64,000 bases of DNA, taken from Stegostoma tigrinum (Eukaryota). The stretch is taken from positions 27,965,811-28,029,810 of the forward strand of contig NC_081381.1 of assembly GCF_030684315.1 (NCBI RefSeq), read 5' to 3'. The notes beneath the pieces were generated by a model. The model saw only the letters and a program-made list of their open reading frames with translations, was not told where the DNA came from and did not search any database. Below, piece after piece: positions 12,247-25,686 of this stretch (the stretch's first letter is position 1; each line of letters opens with the position of its first letter). The position numbers were made by a program, and so were the translations under genes.

Positions 12247-12512
12247 CTGAAATGAGATTAAAGATCAATCCCAACTTCATCTAAACCAAAATCCTCAGTG
12301 TGATGGTCTCAAGAACAGTGGTATTATTTCATTGTACAATGTCCTTAACATTTTATTTTTTGATTTCTTATATTCTTAATGTCCCCCTATCCTCCCTAGT
12401 TAATTAAACATCCCGATCAGAAATTGGGGCAGGGGTGTTGTTTTACATCATGGACAACCCATTGATGCATCAAAAAACTTTAAGTAACATTGGCCCCACT
12501 TTCTGTACACAC

Positions 12513-12634
12513 CTCTGCTCTGTGGCAGCAACATGCACAGAATCCATGATTCGCCGAAGGGCCTCAGAGATTTGCTTGGCACGGACTGTGTGTTGTTCAA
12601 ACTTAGTCTTCACTGCTGACTGCGAGATACATTC
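12513..12634 (-). CDS. MFN2: MFN2 exon 11
   Basis: [22 protein letters not shown]...; 122 nt. Confidence 0.95.
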
Positions 12635-12858
12635 CTGCAGAAAATATTCAGAAAACAGGAGGACAGATTACACAGGAATCAACTTAAACTCGTAAAGCAA
12701 GAACAACTCAGAGGAAATGAACTTAGAGCAGAAGGATTCTTACAGAGTAAAAGACCACATTTATTTAACCAAATGAAATAAGGACCTGATGTATTTATGG
12801 AACACAAGGGCCTTCAGTGAAAACTATGAATAAGTCCTATCATTCAGCACAGACTCAC

Positions 12859-12926
12859 CTCAAACCGTCGCTCAAAGTTCTGAAATTCGAACATTCTTGC
12901 CTGGAAGCCCTCAGCCAGTGCTCCAC
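12859..12926 (-). CDS. MFN2: MFN2 exon 10
   Basis: GALAEGFQARMFEFQNFERRFE; 68 nt. Confidence 0.95.
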
Positions 12927-13752
12927 CTGTTCACAACACACAAGCAGCATGAACCACATCAATTCTCAGAGACATGCAGAAACTCGGGCATCCTAAACTA
13001 AACCAGTAGATGAATGCCGTGAAATAATCCACAACATAAGAGATGCAGCGTCAAAGTCAGACAACCACACTGAAACAGAATTATTTCAGTCTAACAAATG
13101 ACATTTTTAAATTTTAAAACTCTGCCCAGATCGCACTGCAGTCTGGGTCAAGTTAGCAATTGGTCACGGTGTCTCTGAGTTAGGGAAAGAGTGTCCAAGT
13201 CTTGATTTTTACTTGGTGATTTCTGCTAAAGTTTGTGCATGTTGGGAAAGGAATGAACAGGCTTAATTATGTTACCCTCTTCAGTGCAATAGCCAGCCTG
13301 CATTTCATTGCTCAGTAGTCCATGAGGCTTTTCTCACAAGACAGCATTCAGATCTCAAAATAATACACAAGATATGGTGACCCCTGTTCAGTTTCACTCC
13401 ATTCTGCAATCTAGGGGAATTGACCTTGAGATTATGTCAAAGAATTCATTAATGACTGTATTCTAAGTAAATAAAGTAAAGCAAAATACTGTAGATAATG
13501 GAGACCTGAAATAAAACAATTAAGTACAAGAGAAACTCAGCTGATCTTGCAACATCTGTGGAAAGAGACAAACAATTAAGTCCGATATGACTCGTCTTCA
13601 GAGGGATAAAAATGTAGGGTAAAACTCAGCCAGGGAATGGGGAAAATAAAGAATAGAATAACTGTGTGACTCTTTCTAACAGACAGACATTATTGGCTAA
13701 ATGGCCTCCTTTCAGCGGTGGGATTTTACAGGTCAGGAATTTTGCTTATTTA

Positions 13753-13953
<201 letters not shown>

Positions 13954-14763
13954 TCATCATGGAAAGAGGTGCTGCATGATTAACATTCTACTCAAACAAT
14001 GCTCAGTCACAGAGTGAGGAAAATAAAAAGCATATTCATGAGCCAGTGTTGATAAATACCCTAGTTATCACTATAATGATTGAAGTTGCACTGCAGAGTG
14101 TGCATACTGTCCAGTGTTAGTCACACACAGTGACAATAAGCACAGCATTGCTTGAAACATGAGTCTCCTCCGTCATTCCCTTGGCAGATTGTCAGTCATG
14201 CCTGCCGATTGCTCTGGAAAGGAGCTAACAGCACAACATTTTTATGCCAGGGCAAGCACTTCAGCAAAGATAGGATTATTCGCCTTGGAATAGAAAAGTT
14301 TAAGAGAAACTAAAGTTGAGAATCGAGGGTTTTGGAGAAGCTGCCTTCAGTGGCAGAAAGTCTGATAATTTAGATTTATGAAATTGGTGAAAGAACCAGA
14401 TGCAAAAGGATTTTTTTTTAAAACCCATTGAATTCTTGTGATCTTAAATGCACTACTCTAATGGGTGGTGTAAGAAAATTAAATAATAACTTACAAAAGG
14501 TAATTCGATAAATATTTATAAAGGACAAACTTGAAAGGGCGTGGGCACAGAGCAGCAGGAAAATGGGACTAACCGCATAGCTTTCAAACAGGGGCTCCAG
14601 ATACAATGGGCTGAATGGAAGATTCTATGATTCAGTGGCTCCAACAGGAGCCAGTTTCACAATGCAGCAGATGAAGCTAAGTCTCCAACCTTTCTTCCCT
14701 ACACCCACCAGGACTATGACCTCATGGTGTGCTCAGAGCCTCAGACAGCAAATCAAAGAGCTG

Positions 14764-15519
14764 TACCCGGTGCGGCTTTCTCTACATTGGGGAAACCAAG
14801 CGGAGGCTTGGGGACCGCTTTGCAGAACACCTCCGCTCAGTTCGCAACAAACAACTGCACCTCCCAGTCGCAAACCATTTCCACTCCCCCCCCCATTCTC
14901 TTGATGACATGTCCATCATGGGCCTCCTGCACTGCCACAATGATGCCACCCGAAGGTTGCAGGAACAGCAACTCATATTCCGCCTGGGAACCCTGCAGCC
15001 ATATGGTATCAATGTGGACTTCACCAGTTTCAAAATCTCCCCTTCCCCCACTGCATCCCTAAACCAGCCCAGTTCATCCCCTCCCCCCACTGCACCACAC
15101 AACCAGCCCAGCTCTTCCCCCCCACCCACTGCATCCCAAAACCAGTCCAACCTGTCTCTGCCTCCCTAACCGGTTCTTCCTCTCACCCATCCCTTCCTCC
15201 CACCCCAAGCCGCACCCCCAGCTACCTACTAACCTCATCCCACCTGCTTGACCTGTCCGTCTTCCCTGGACTGACCTATCCCCTCCCTACCTCCCCACCC
15301 ACACCTTCTCCACCTATCTTCTTTACTCTCCATCTTCGGTCCGCCTCCCCCTCTCTCCCTATTTATTCCAGTTCCCTCCCCCCATCCCCCTCTCTGATGA
15401 AAGGTCTAGGCCCGAAACGTCAGCTTTTGTGCTCCTGAGATGCTGCTTGGCCTGCTGTGTTCATCCAGCCTCACATTTTATTATCTTGGAATCTCCAGCA
15501 TCTGCAGTTCCCATTATCT
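14764..15519 (+). mobile_element. 5'-truncated Penelope-like retroelement (GIY-YIG endonuclease C-terminus plus terminal repeat) with perfect 15-bp TSD
   Basis: CTRCGFLYIGETKRRLGDRFAEHL...EQQLIFRLGTLQPYGINVDF; TSD CAAATCAAAGAGCTG at 14749-14763 and 15520-15534. Confidence 0.9.
15392..15424 (+). ncRNA. Minimal hammerhead ribozyme core (Penelope-associated)
   Basis: ct-CTGATGA-AAGGTCTAGGCCC-GAAAC-GTC-ag. Confidence 0.65.
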
Positions 15520-15556
15520 CAAATCAAAGAGCTGATTGTTTTGGAGTATAGCTCAC

Positions 15557-15664
15557 CTCCTCCATGTACTCAGGTTCTGATGCAGATGCATCCCAGCGGT
15601 TATTGAGGATAAAAATGTTGGGTTGTGACAATCGTTCGTTGACTTTGTGAAAGAACTGCTTCTC
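15557..15664 (-). CDS. MFN2: MFN2 exon 8 (G4 motif NRWD)
   Basis: [36 protein letters not shown]; 108 nt. Confidence 0.96.
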
Positions 15665-15812
15665 CTGAAAAAGAAGTCAAGGAGATAAATTTTACTTCTG
15701 AACTCAACCAGTTATTGATGTCTGCCCACACGTCAGTGCCTTGATAACTCAGCGCCTGCAGTACACAACTGAGTCTCGCACATTTTTAATAAGTGACAAA
15801 ATGTCTTCCTTA

Positions 15813-15986
<174 letters not shown>

Positions 15987-16173
15987 TTAAAATATTGAGG
16001 GACAAAACAGGGTGCAGGCATTCACAAGATATGGGGCAGGGAGCTGGTAAATACCCAGCACGGGACTAGGAATTCCAGTGACTACAGAGCACAGGAGAGA
16101 TGTCTCAGTGACTACAGGGATATTGAATTGAGGGATTTCCACCCCCCGCCCCTCCAAGTACATCCTTTCATAC

Positions 16174-16298
16174 CTGTCCATTAACACCAGATCATCTCGC
16201 AACAAAGCACATTTCATCTTTGGCCACATGACAGACACGAGACTACCTGCAGTGAGTTGTTGATCCTGGTGAAGCGCATGAGCCAAATGATTCACAGT
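16174..16298 (-). CDS. MFN2: MFN2 exon 6
   Basis: [10 protein letters not shown]...[13 protein letters not shown]; 125 nt. Confidence 0.96.
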
Positions 16299-16481
16299 CT
16301 ATAAAAGACACAAGAAACAACTGAACAAGTACTTTTTAAAATAACATAATTAATTCCACAGATCTACTGTTCTTTCTATCTCCACAGTACCTTGCAATGC
16401 AAGCTTCAACAGGGACTGCTGATAATTCACCCATTTCCCCACTCCATATGATCATACCATGAGTGTCAACTAATGTCTAAC

Positions 16482-16644
16482 CTTGATGTTTCGTTTCTCC
16501 TCAGATCCATCTGTGAGCAGATAAGCCTCATTCCCATCTGAGCCTTCCACACGTAGGAAACAGTTGGTGGTGTGACCAATTCCAGAAGGCAAAACTTTGT
16601 CCCACAGCATAGCATTTATCACACTACTTTTCCCATTGCTAGTC
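16482..16644 (-). CDS. MFN2: MFN2 exon 5 (P-loop)
   Basis: [30 protein letters not shown]; 163 nt. Confidence 0.96.
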
Positions 16645-16843
16645 CTGTAAACAAAATGCAATTAGTCCAGAACAAACTAGCAGTGTAGAATGGCCAGGAG
16701 CTTGGAATTTCCACAACAAATCATTCTTGACTTTATCAAACAGTAGAGTAGGGTTGATAGGCCAAATAGCTTGCTCCTGCTTCTATTTCTCACAATCATA
16801 GAGTCATACAGCCCAGAAACAGACTCTTATGATTTTAAGATCA

Positions 16844-16967
16844 GAGATAATGAGAACTGCAGATGCTGGAGAATACGAGATAACAAAGGATGGAGCTACT
16901 TGAACACAGCAGCCAAGCAGCATCTCAGGAGCACAAAAGCTCATTTCAGGCCCAGACCCTTCATCAG
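16844..16967 (-). mobile_element. Solo Penelope terminal-repeat fragment with a degenerate hammerhead; similar copy at about 19840-19965
   Basis: Reverse complement of 15392-15519. Confidence 0.75.
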
Positions 16968-17046
16968 AAAGTCTGGGATAGCATAAACACTGATAAACCT
17001 GCAATGCAATTAGCACCATCTTTTGCTGGCAGTGTATATGACCTAC

Positions 17047-17182
17047 CTGCCAAAAAATGCTACTTTCATGTGACGCCGTGCCAGTACTTCACTGATCCCT
17101 CCAACCTTTGAGAGATAACCTGTCACCTCCAGCACCTGCTCCTCTGTGGTGACGGGATCCAGCTCTCCATTCTGATGTGTCT
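17047..17182 (-). CDS. MFN2: MFN2 exon 4
   Basis: [16 protein letters not shown]...[13 protein letters not shown]; 136 nt. Confidence 0.96.
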
Positions 17183-17679
17183 CTATGCAATCGCAAACAA
17201 GAACAGAGATTAAGCTATGGCATCTCAGTTTCTGGAATTCTGGAAAGCAGTCAGGTCCCATGCTGCGCTCATGTTTAGAAACGAAGGCAGTTGCTGTGAC
17301 AATTGGAGGAATAATTGCATGTGCTTGAATGGACACACTGGATGGGCACAGAGAGCCGCACAATCCCTAGTCACTGATACACTGAAGTGTGATACAGGCT
17401 ATTCCATGTGACTGCACTGCTATCCACCACCATGTAATCCAGATAATCTGGGGCATGAGATTTAGCTAGAGTGATAACTTTTGAACTAGCTGAAGTGGAG
17501 GTCATAATCAGTACAGGTCTTCGGGAGGGAGGTTCTTACTGTGCTGTTTCCCTAAGGTAACAGATAAAATCCTGAGTGTAACTGCCACATTCCCATGTGA
17601 AGAGACTACATTGCACTTGTGTCCACAACATATATTTATGAGCTCACTGCCTCCCCATTCAGCAAAAATCACTACCTAC

Positions 17680-17854
17680 CTTTGAGAAATGCAGCACTCT
17701 CCTTGATGTAGGCTGTTAGCTGTTCAAAGATTCCATTGATTTTCTTTTTAGCCGTAACAAAGTGTTTGAGTGGGGAAGCATTAACTTCTGCCATCAGACG
17801 TTTATCTTTCTTACCAACTGCAACTGGGTGTGAGCGGGAGAACATCAGGGACAT
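17680..17854 (-). CDS. MFN2: MFN2 first coding exon (exon starts at 17858)
   Basis: MSLMFSRS...[19 protein letters not shown]; acceptor CTTCAG|TGCCATG; donor G|GTAGGT. Confidence 0.96.
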
Positions 17855-18383
17855 GGCACTGAAGTAATGAGAGAGAGAGAGAAAACATCAAACTCACTCA
17901 GAACCCAGAAATGGATTGGCTGTACATGGGGCTTGGGGGTGGTGAAGGGGTAAGAAAGCAGGGATCAGAGTCCAAGGGAGGCAGAGGCAGAGAGGATGTC
18001 AGTGCCCTACTGTAGAGGGCTGGGTGGGGGTTAACAAACTCTAGAATGAGACTGGATGGGACGGGGCTATTACCTTAAGGACAAGACGAGGAGGGGACGG
18101 TGGCGTGCGCCGTGACACAGACAGGGCGGGCAGAGTGAAGTGTTTGATACGCGATGAGTCGCAGGGAAAGGTGTCCTGCGTCCAGCGTTGGACTTCGGAA
18201 GCCTCTCAGCTGAGGCCGGGGCCTCTGGTCCAAGCCTTACGCGGGGCTCAGTTACTGCTCCGGGCGGCGGAGGACAGTGACCTTGCGACACTGCTTGGTC
18301 CTCCGACTCGGTCACGCACTCCCCCTCCGCCCCACCCCGATGTCGGCCTCTGCCTGAATCGTTCCATCGAGGATCACACTTAC

Positions 18384-18600
18384 ATTTGAATCGCTGTCGC
18401 CGGGACCTTGCCTACTCCACGGCCGCTGCAATGGGTCTGCAGCCGCCACCGCCGCCGCTCCTGCTCCCGGGAATCCCGACAGCCTGCGTCATTAACCCGC
18501 GACTGCCGCTCGTCATTAACCTGCGACAATCTGCTTCCGTTACCAGGGAAACAGGTATCGGACGGAATGGAACTTCACTGTGGAAAGTTGTGTCCCGCAA
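18384..18600 (-). promoter_or_regulatory. MFN2 CpG island, non-coding exon 1 (donor GTAAGT at 18383) and core promoter
   Basis: CpG-rich 18080-18600; AAT|GTAAGT donor; RFX X-box-like GTTACCAGGGAAAC at 18539-18552; ETS-like CTTCCG; two TGACG half-sites. Confidence 0.65.
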
Positions 18601-20489
18601 TGGCATAAAGACAAAATACTGAGGGAGCTGAAAATCTAAAATAACAGAAACGTTTAGCCTATCTATGAAGAGAACCTTAAAGAATTGGTGGGTTTTTTGT
18701 AGTAAAAAAATCAGTTTTGTGGAATGATCACCAACCTGAAACTTCATCTGTTTCTGTCTAAAGATGCAGACAGACATGCTGAATATTTCCAAAATTTTAT
18801 TTGCAAACCGCTTTTCATTGCCACTAGACGTGTTAAAGCATTTTATAGTCAGTGACGTTGCTGGAATGTAGGAAAAGCTGCAATAGAGTCAAATCAAAGG
18901 CATCCCATTTGCATGTGTTTGGCCCAGTATCCCTCTAAACCTTTTCTATTCATGTATCTGTGGAAATGACTTTAAATGTTGTAACTGTATCTGCATCTCC
19001 CACTTCCTTTGGCAGTTCTTTCCATGTACAACGCACACTCTGTGTGAAAAAAATGCCTCAGGTGATAGGCAGTAGAGAGCCTTAATGCTTTATACAGTCT
19101 CAAGACATAGCAAGTTATGTTTGATTTGGCCTCGACTGCAGTCTTGTGTCCAATTTAATGGATGCAACAGTTCTCCCATCTGCCAGGTGGAAAATCCAGT
19201 GAGACCCTTTTTTTTGGGTAGGTGTGCCAGCACATAGGTGGGCAACAGCAGGCCTACCCCAGCATCATAGACCCTTACAGCTGCTGGCCACTGATTGGTC
19301 AATAAGTTTCATTGACTGGTTGTGCTACCAGTACTACACCCACTGGTGAAGCAGAATTGTCAATGAACACAGATGGTGGGAAGGGGGAAAATACCATGGG
19401 ATGGGGGTTTAACCACAAGGGCATGGGATTGGCTGTTAGCTATTTGGCCCCTTAATCAGGCACTCATGCCTCGCGCAAATTCCGTATGGGTTCCTGATAC
19501 AGTTTGCTTTTCAGGCCTCCTGCATTTTGACTCTTGGTCTGTCGTTGAGTGGGCTGTTTAAAAATCTCACTTGGCAGCAGGGCATGAATACCATCTACAT
19601 ATGCCTTCCCACCTTGGATTAATTGGGCAGAGACGGAAAGGCAGCCAGGTCCCCACCCATCACTTGATTAAGTGTTTCCCCCGTCCCTGTTCTCAAACAC
19701 ATCACAGAAGAGGGTTTAAATTTCACACAAAGTCTTGAGCCAACTATACTGGCATCTGTGAAGCTGAGAAACTCGGGAAGAGGGCAAGGTGATTCATCAA
19801 CTTGGCACATTTAGCTAAACCTGGTTGTAGATGCTTCAGAGATTGTAGGAACTGCAGCTGCTGGAGAACCTGAGATAACAAGGTGCAGAACTGGCTGAAC
19901 GCAACAGGCCAAGCAGCATCAGAGGAGCAGGAAAGCTGATGTTTCGGGTCTAGACCCTTCTTAGGAATTGTAGATGCTTCAGTCCGTCTTTCATTTTCTA
20001 TGCCAGGCTCTGTCATCAATACGGATGGGAATGCTTATGGAGCCACACAGTTCTATTGGCTAATTGTTCACCACCAATCATGACTGAATGGCTGGACAGC
20101 AGAACATTGATCTGATCCGTTAGTTGTGAATTAAAACGTTAGAAGCCAGAAGTCGGTCACTCAATCTCTTGAAGCTTAGATCCTAGCTGATCCACAACCT
20201 CAACTCACTTTCCTGCTAATCTCGATCTAATTTCCTTCACAATCTTCTGAGTAAAGAAATTTCTATTGTGCTCAATTCTGAATGTCCATCCCTTTATCTG
20301 TTTTTGTTTCTGATTTCCAGCACCCACAGTTCTTTTTTTTTAAGACTCTTTAACTATCTAGGTTCTCCACTCAGGTAAAACAGTCAATATTTACGCTATC
20401 AACCCCACTTATATTCTACTCAACCTTCCCTCATAAACTAACATTTGCACTGTAGTTGAGTTACTCCAGTAACTAATTGAGCAGAGACA

Positions 20490-20815
20490 GGCAGCACGGT
20501 GACTCAGTGGTTGGCACTGCTGGCTTACAATGCCAGACACCCAGGTTTCATTTCAGCTTTGGGTAAATGACTATGGAATTTGCACATTCTCCCTGTTTGT
20601 GTGTGGGGTTTCCTCCCACAGTCCAAAGATGTGCAAGTTAGGTGGATTGGCAGTGCTAAATTGTCCACAGTGTCCAGAGATGTGTAGGTTAGGTGGGTTA
20701 GCCATAGTAAATGCAAGGATATGGGAATATGGCTGGGCTTCGGTGTGATCCTGTTTGGCAGATTGATGCAGACTTGATGGGCGAGCAGCCCAACTTCGCA
20801 CTTTACAGATTCTGA
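20490..20815 (+). mobile_element. HE1-like (V-SINE) SINE
   Basis: GGCAGCACGGTGACTCAGTGG head and V-domain; internal duplicated GTTAGGTGGATTGGC block. Confidence 0.8.
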
Positions 20816-21459
20816 GATCCTCACCGTTTCCACAAATTGCAATTGAAATTGGCCAGTACCCTCCTACAACTTACATGAAATATTGTATCAGCAAAGAAAA
20901 CAGAAAATGTTTGATCATAATTTATGTTTTTTACTTTGACAGTTCAAAAATCAAAGGGCTACAGATTCTGTATGCTCTCAAATCTTACTTTCTATGTTTT
21001 CCCTCTGTATATCTTCCTATTGAGAGCTTAATAGTTCTGATCAACCTTTATGGAACTCTATGAACTGTTAAATGTTCAATGTGCAAATTTCAGAATATAG
21101 ACAGTTTCTGATACTTGTGGATACACAGCCCCACCCTCCATCAGAACAAGTTACGAGACGCAAAGTTTATCAAAAAATACTGCCTATGTTTTTCAGCCCA
21201 TCTCCAGATCTGGAATGAGAAGGCTATGCTCTGTGAAAGCCAAATACATCAGAGTAGAAAGTTAATAATAACCTGAAAAAGACAAAAAAAAACTTCTGAA
21301 AATTAGCCGCAGGAGTTGGGAAGAAGAGAGAAGTGCCTTAAACATTAATGATCCTTAAATATTTGACAGTGTTCATATGAATCCCAAGATTGAGCCCTGG
21401 TCTGTCACCATTCCTCCATTAATCTAATTTTATATCTCTGAACATGTTAGGATATTATT

Positions 21460-21935
21460 AAATTGGAAAGGGTTCAGAAAGGTTTTACCACGGTGTTGTC
21501 AGGACTGGAGGGTTTGAGTTATTAGGTCAAGCTGGCAGTTTTTTCACCAGAATGTAGGAGGTTGAAAGGTGACCATATTGAGTTTTATAAAATCATGAGG
21601 CGAATAGATAAGGTGAATAGCAAAGGTCTTTTCCCTAGGGTGGAATAGTTCAAAACTAGAGAGCATTTTCTAACGTTAGAAGAGAAAGATTGAAAAAGCA
21701 ACTTTTTCCACACAGAAGGTGGTTTGTGTGTGGAATGTGTGTGAACTGCCAGAGGAAATGGTAAGTGCAGGTACAGTTACAATATTTAAAAGACATTTGG
21801 ATTGGTACATGAATAGGAAAGGTTTAGATGAATATGGGTCAAATGCAAGCAAGTGGGACTAGTTTAATTTAGGAAACTGGTCGGCATGGATAAGTTGGAA
21901 TGAAGGGTCTGGTTCTGTGCTTTATGACTCTATAA
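21460..21935 (+). mobile_element. CR1 LINE 3' fragment
   Basis: Degenerate LERVQxRFT...LRGDLIEVYKIM...FFTQ coding relic and TATGACTCTA tail. Confidence 0.8.
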
Positions 21936-22244
21936 TGGTAGTCTGAAGGGCATTTGCAGTATTGCCAATACTATTCAGTCACACTGTGGGTTCAATGCAT
22001 GCAGTCAGAGTTGGAAGCACAGCAGGGAGATGTTTGTATTTCTTGGGACATGATGGTTCAACTCTCTTCTTGACACATTCTGAGACAAAAAAATTTGGTC
22101 TTTATAATGAGAAATGTTGGGGACAAAATCCCAAAAAGGGCAGTGACAGTTTGTGTGTTTCCAATTACCATAAATGCCACCTAGGTTGGAGATCTACTAA
22201 TAAAAATAAAGTGAAATCTGTAGCAGCATATATGAAATGCTCAA

Positions 22245-22250
22245 TTTATT
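22245..22250 (-). terminator. Candidate PLOD1 polyadenylation signal (AATAAA)
   Basis: TTTATT about 1.06 kb downstream of the stop codon. Confidence 0.5.
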
Positions 22251-23306
22251 CTCAATCTGTGTTAATACTGAGACACGCTCCTCAGCTTTGTTCTCCAAGG
22301 CGTGAATACTGAAAGCTTCCAGTGAGCATCCAACTAGCAGGAGTCAGGACTCTCTTAAAGGCAGGAGTAGCCCTCAGCCAACTCCTTATCCTTTCTCCTA
22401 GCCCTTCTAAACTTCATTGCTCAAGTAAATTCCTTCCCTTTAAGCTCTTTCAGTGGTACTGTATTTTCAGACCTTTGAAGAAATTTCTCCTCAATTCTGT
22501 CATTACCACTTAGTTCCAATTTTGAAATTCCTACAACCAGTCAGGACAACCAGACCGTGATTCACAACTCAATCTCCTCTCCCTCCCTTCTTACAAAGCT
22601 TATTGATTGAACTTTCTGAGTTTTTCCATTTTTAACTTGCTTCTTTTGCAAAGGGAACTGGCATTTCTGTTCCACATGAGAGAGTATTGGCAGATAATTA
22701 AACCAATACTGACAAATCAATCCTGCCCCAAACCACAAAACATGCATGTACATACCCAGTGGGTTTAGCCTGACACAGGGCAGAGATTCGGTCACAGTAA
22801 CCTCTCTGTTACCCTGGCTGTGAAGGGATGGGAGTACTTTGAACTCCAGGATTCAAAAAGAGCCAGAGCCCGATTTACACAGGAAGTTACTGTATCCAAC
22901 CATTTCAAGCTAAAATGGAATTGAATAGCCAGATGCCTTCAGCATTTAGCTTTCATGGGGTCTGCATAATATGCAATGGGGTAGCACCGTAACTTTAAAA
23001 GCTGTGGATTACTTATTGTTCCATTATTAAAGAGAGGGGGCTGTGCTTTATCTTTAGAACCTACAAGTTAGATACATGTTGTTTTGGACTTGACTAAAAC
23101 TCAACCTAACTTCACAACTGACACAGTTGCACCTGGTGTAACTATCTCTTTATACTAAGCACTTGGGGAATTCTATAAACCATTATATACAAAGTAGGAA
23201 TATGGGCCATCCTTGCTGCAATATTCTGAGAAAGGTCAAACTGCGGTATGTCACAAACAGTCTGTAACAGTTTCTGCTGCATGCATTCAAATTGTAAGCA
23301 CTTTAA

Positions 23307-23483
<177 letters not shown>

Positions 23484-25560
23484 TCAGTATAACAGCAATG
23501 GTTTGCTGTGTCAGAGTAAAGGCTAAACACATAATGATCCAATCATAATTAAATTCAGAGCTCTTTTGTTTTTCAGAGCACTGCTTATAAACAGGATACT
23601 GAAACATCATAAGAAATCTACTGGTTATATATAGTCTGTGCAGGGGCATACACAGTCTGACCTGTTATACCTATTGTTAGTGCTGGGCCACTCAGTCCTG
23701 TTATACTCAAAGACCTGTGTCAGCGCGCTTCACAAACCCCAAAGTAAAACTGAGTCTTGTCTTTGTCTGTAGCCTACTGAACAGATAAAGTCTCAGTTAT
23801 CTTAGGAGGCTGGGGAAAGGTGTATTTGGGAACCACAAACCATTCAATCACAAAACAAAAAAGGTAGGAAAATAAATATTTAACATTTAACATGAACGAA
23901 GACCAGGCTACAAAGATGGGTTTGATATATACCGTCCTCTCCACAACACACAGAAAAAAAGCTGGATATTGATAACAGTTGGGAATTAACATTGGTTGGA
24001 AGGAGTGGGGAGCTGGGACTCATGAGCTGGGTGCTGAAGCCTGGCTACAGGACTGAGGTGTTTCCAATAATACTGCTTTAAACTAGACACACTGATTCAA
24101 TCTGGTGGAGAATTGCTGTTCCCCCTAAAGGTGTCAGAGCAGGACCAGGAGTATTTGACAGTGATCTCTAACTCCGTTTCCCACCTCACCTGTGACAAAG
24201 ACAAATGTTGGAGGAGTTTAAAACAGACTCAAAGTGTGGAACTACTGTATATCTACCCCAAATGCAAGCCTAACATCATAAACTCAAAATTATTTCGTCC
24301 TGTTCAGCGCGAAATCAGCAAATATCGGAAGTTATAATTGGTTCCCCCTGTGAGGCCACTTTGATTGAGAAAAATCCCATGGAATGAATGTGAGAAATGA
24401 TAAAACAGGCCAGGTACTGGTATTGCTTTCCTTCAAAAATTCCTTGTATTTATGGTTCACAAATTGCACCCTATTGTAAAGTGTAACTCAGGGCTTTTGA
24501 TCTTATAGCTTTTTCAGTCCTTAATATTAATCGTCAGTTCCTGAATAAGGGTTGATCGAGTAAACAGCGAGAGCAGAGAAAGACACAGACTGGCAGATAG
24601 AGAAATATTGTGACATAGAAACTGACTCTGACAGAGAATACAGACAGACAGAGGTGGGCGGAGGTGTTTTCTGATCTTATCAGGAAAGCATAAATTGGGT
24701 TCTTAGCAATCCAGAGTTTAACAGCATAGTTACTATTGTAATGAAATAAATATTTCATTTTTTTGCATTCCTTAGAATCCAACTTGTCTTGTCAACAACC
24801 CTGCTGTCTTAGCAGACTAACTGACTTACATCCATCTGGACTCTTAGTGTGAATGGCAAATGAGGCAACCACATGAATGAGTGATAAGTGCAGAGTGGGC
24901 GGATAAAGAGTCTTGTTTTTAGAATTTACGGGAAAATTTGCAACTAAATCAAACACTTAAGGTAAACAAGCTGCATACATTGGGATCGGTAACATTGTCC
25001 ATGGTTGAGATAGTTGGAGGACATTCTGAGATCATATTAGGTTGACACTAAAAATCAAAACTGGTTTCAAGAATTCTGGTTCAAACTGTCCTGGCAGTGA
25101 GAATCTCACAAGTCTTATTGTAAGTAAATACATAAACATTCAGCAATACCCTATTGTCAACAACACATTATAACTGGCAAATTATTAGAAAAAATCTCAT
25201 GGATGTTTCTAGACACATCCTTACCTTCCCCCTCAGTTTAAAGACCACCATTAGTTGAACTATCTGACCTCAGTCTACATTGGCTGTTAATAGTTAGAAT
25301 GATCATGCATCCACTGAGTTGGAACATTCCACAGCGCAAACATAACTTTAGAAACATGCAAGATCAGAATAAAGAGGAAGAATAAATTTACCAAATTCTG
25401 AGAGCTTTGGGGTCTCCACTCAGCAAACTGCAGTATTCATATCACAGCCATGTGTCGATTCAGTACAAGTTCCAGTAGGATAGGTCATGAAACCCACTCT
25501 GCTTTGGAGTACTGAGTAAACCAGATAGGCTCAATCCCAAACATCAGTCATACAACTTAC

Positions 25561-25686
25561 CTGATAGTCAACTCCAACTTTGTTCAGTGCAATGTTTACA
25601 GTAAAAGTAGAAGCATCATGATGTGGCATTAAAGATGGCTGTTCATCAGGTTTATATCTAACTACAAAGGCCAGGTCAAAGAGAGC
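25561..25686 (-). CDS. PLOD1: PLOD1 exon 18 (HxD motif)
   Basis: [35 protein letters not shown]; 126 nt. Confidence 0.96.
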
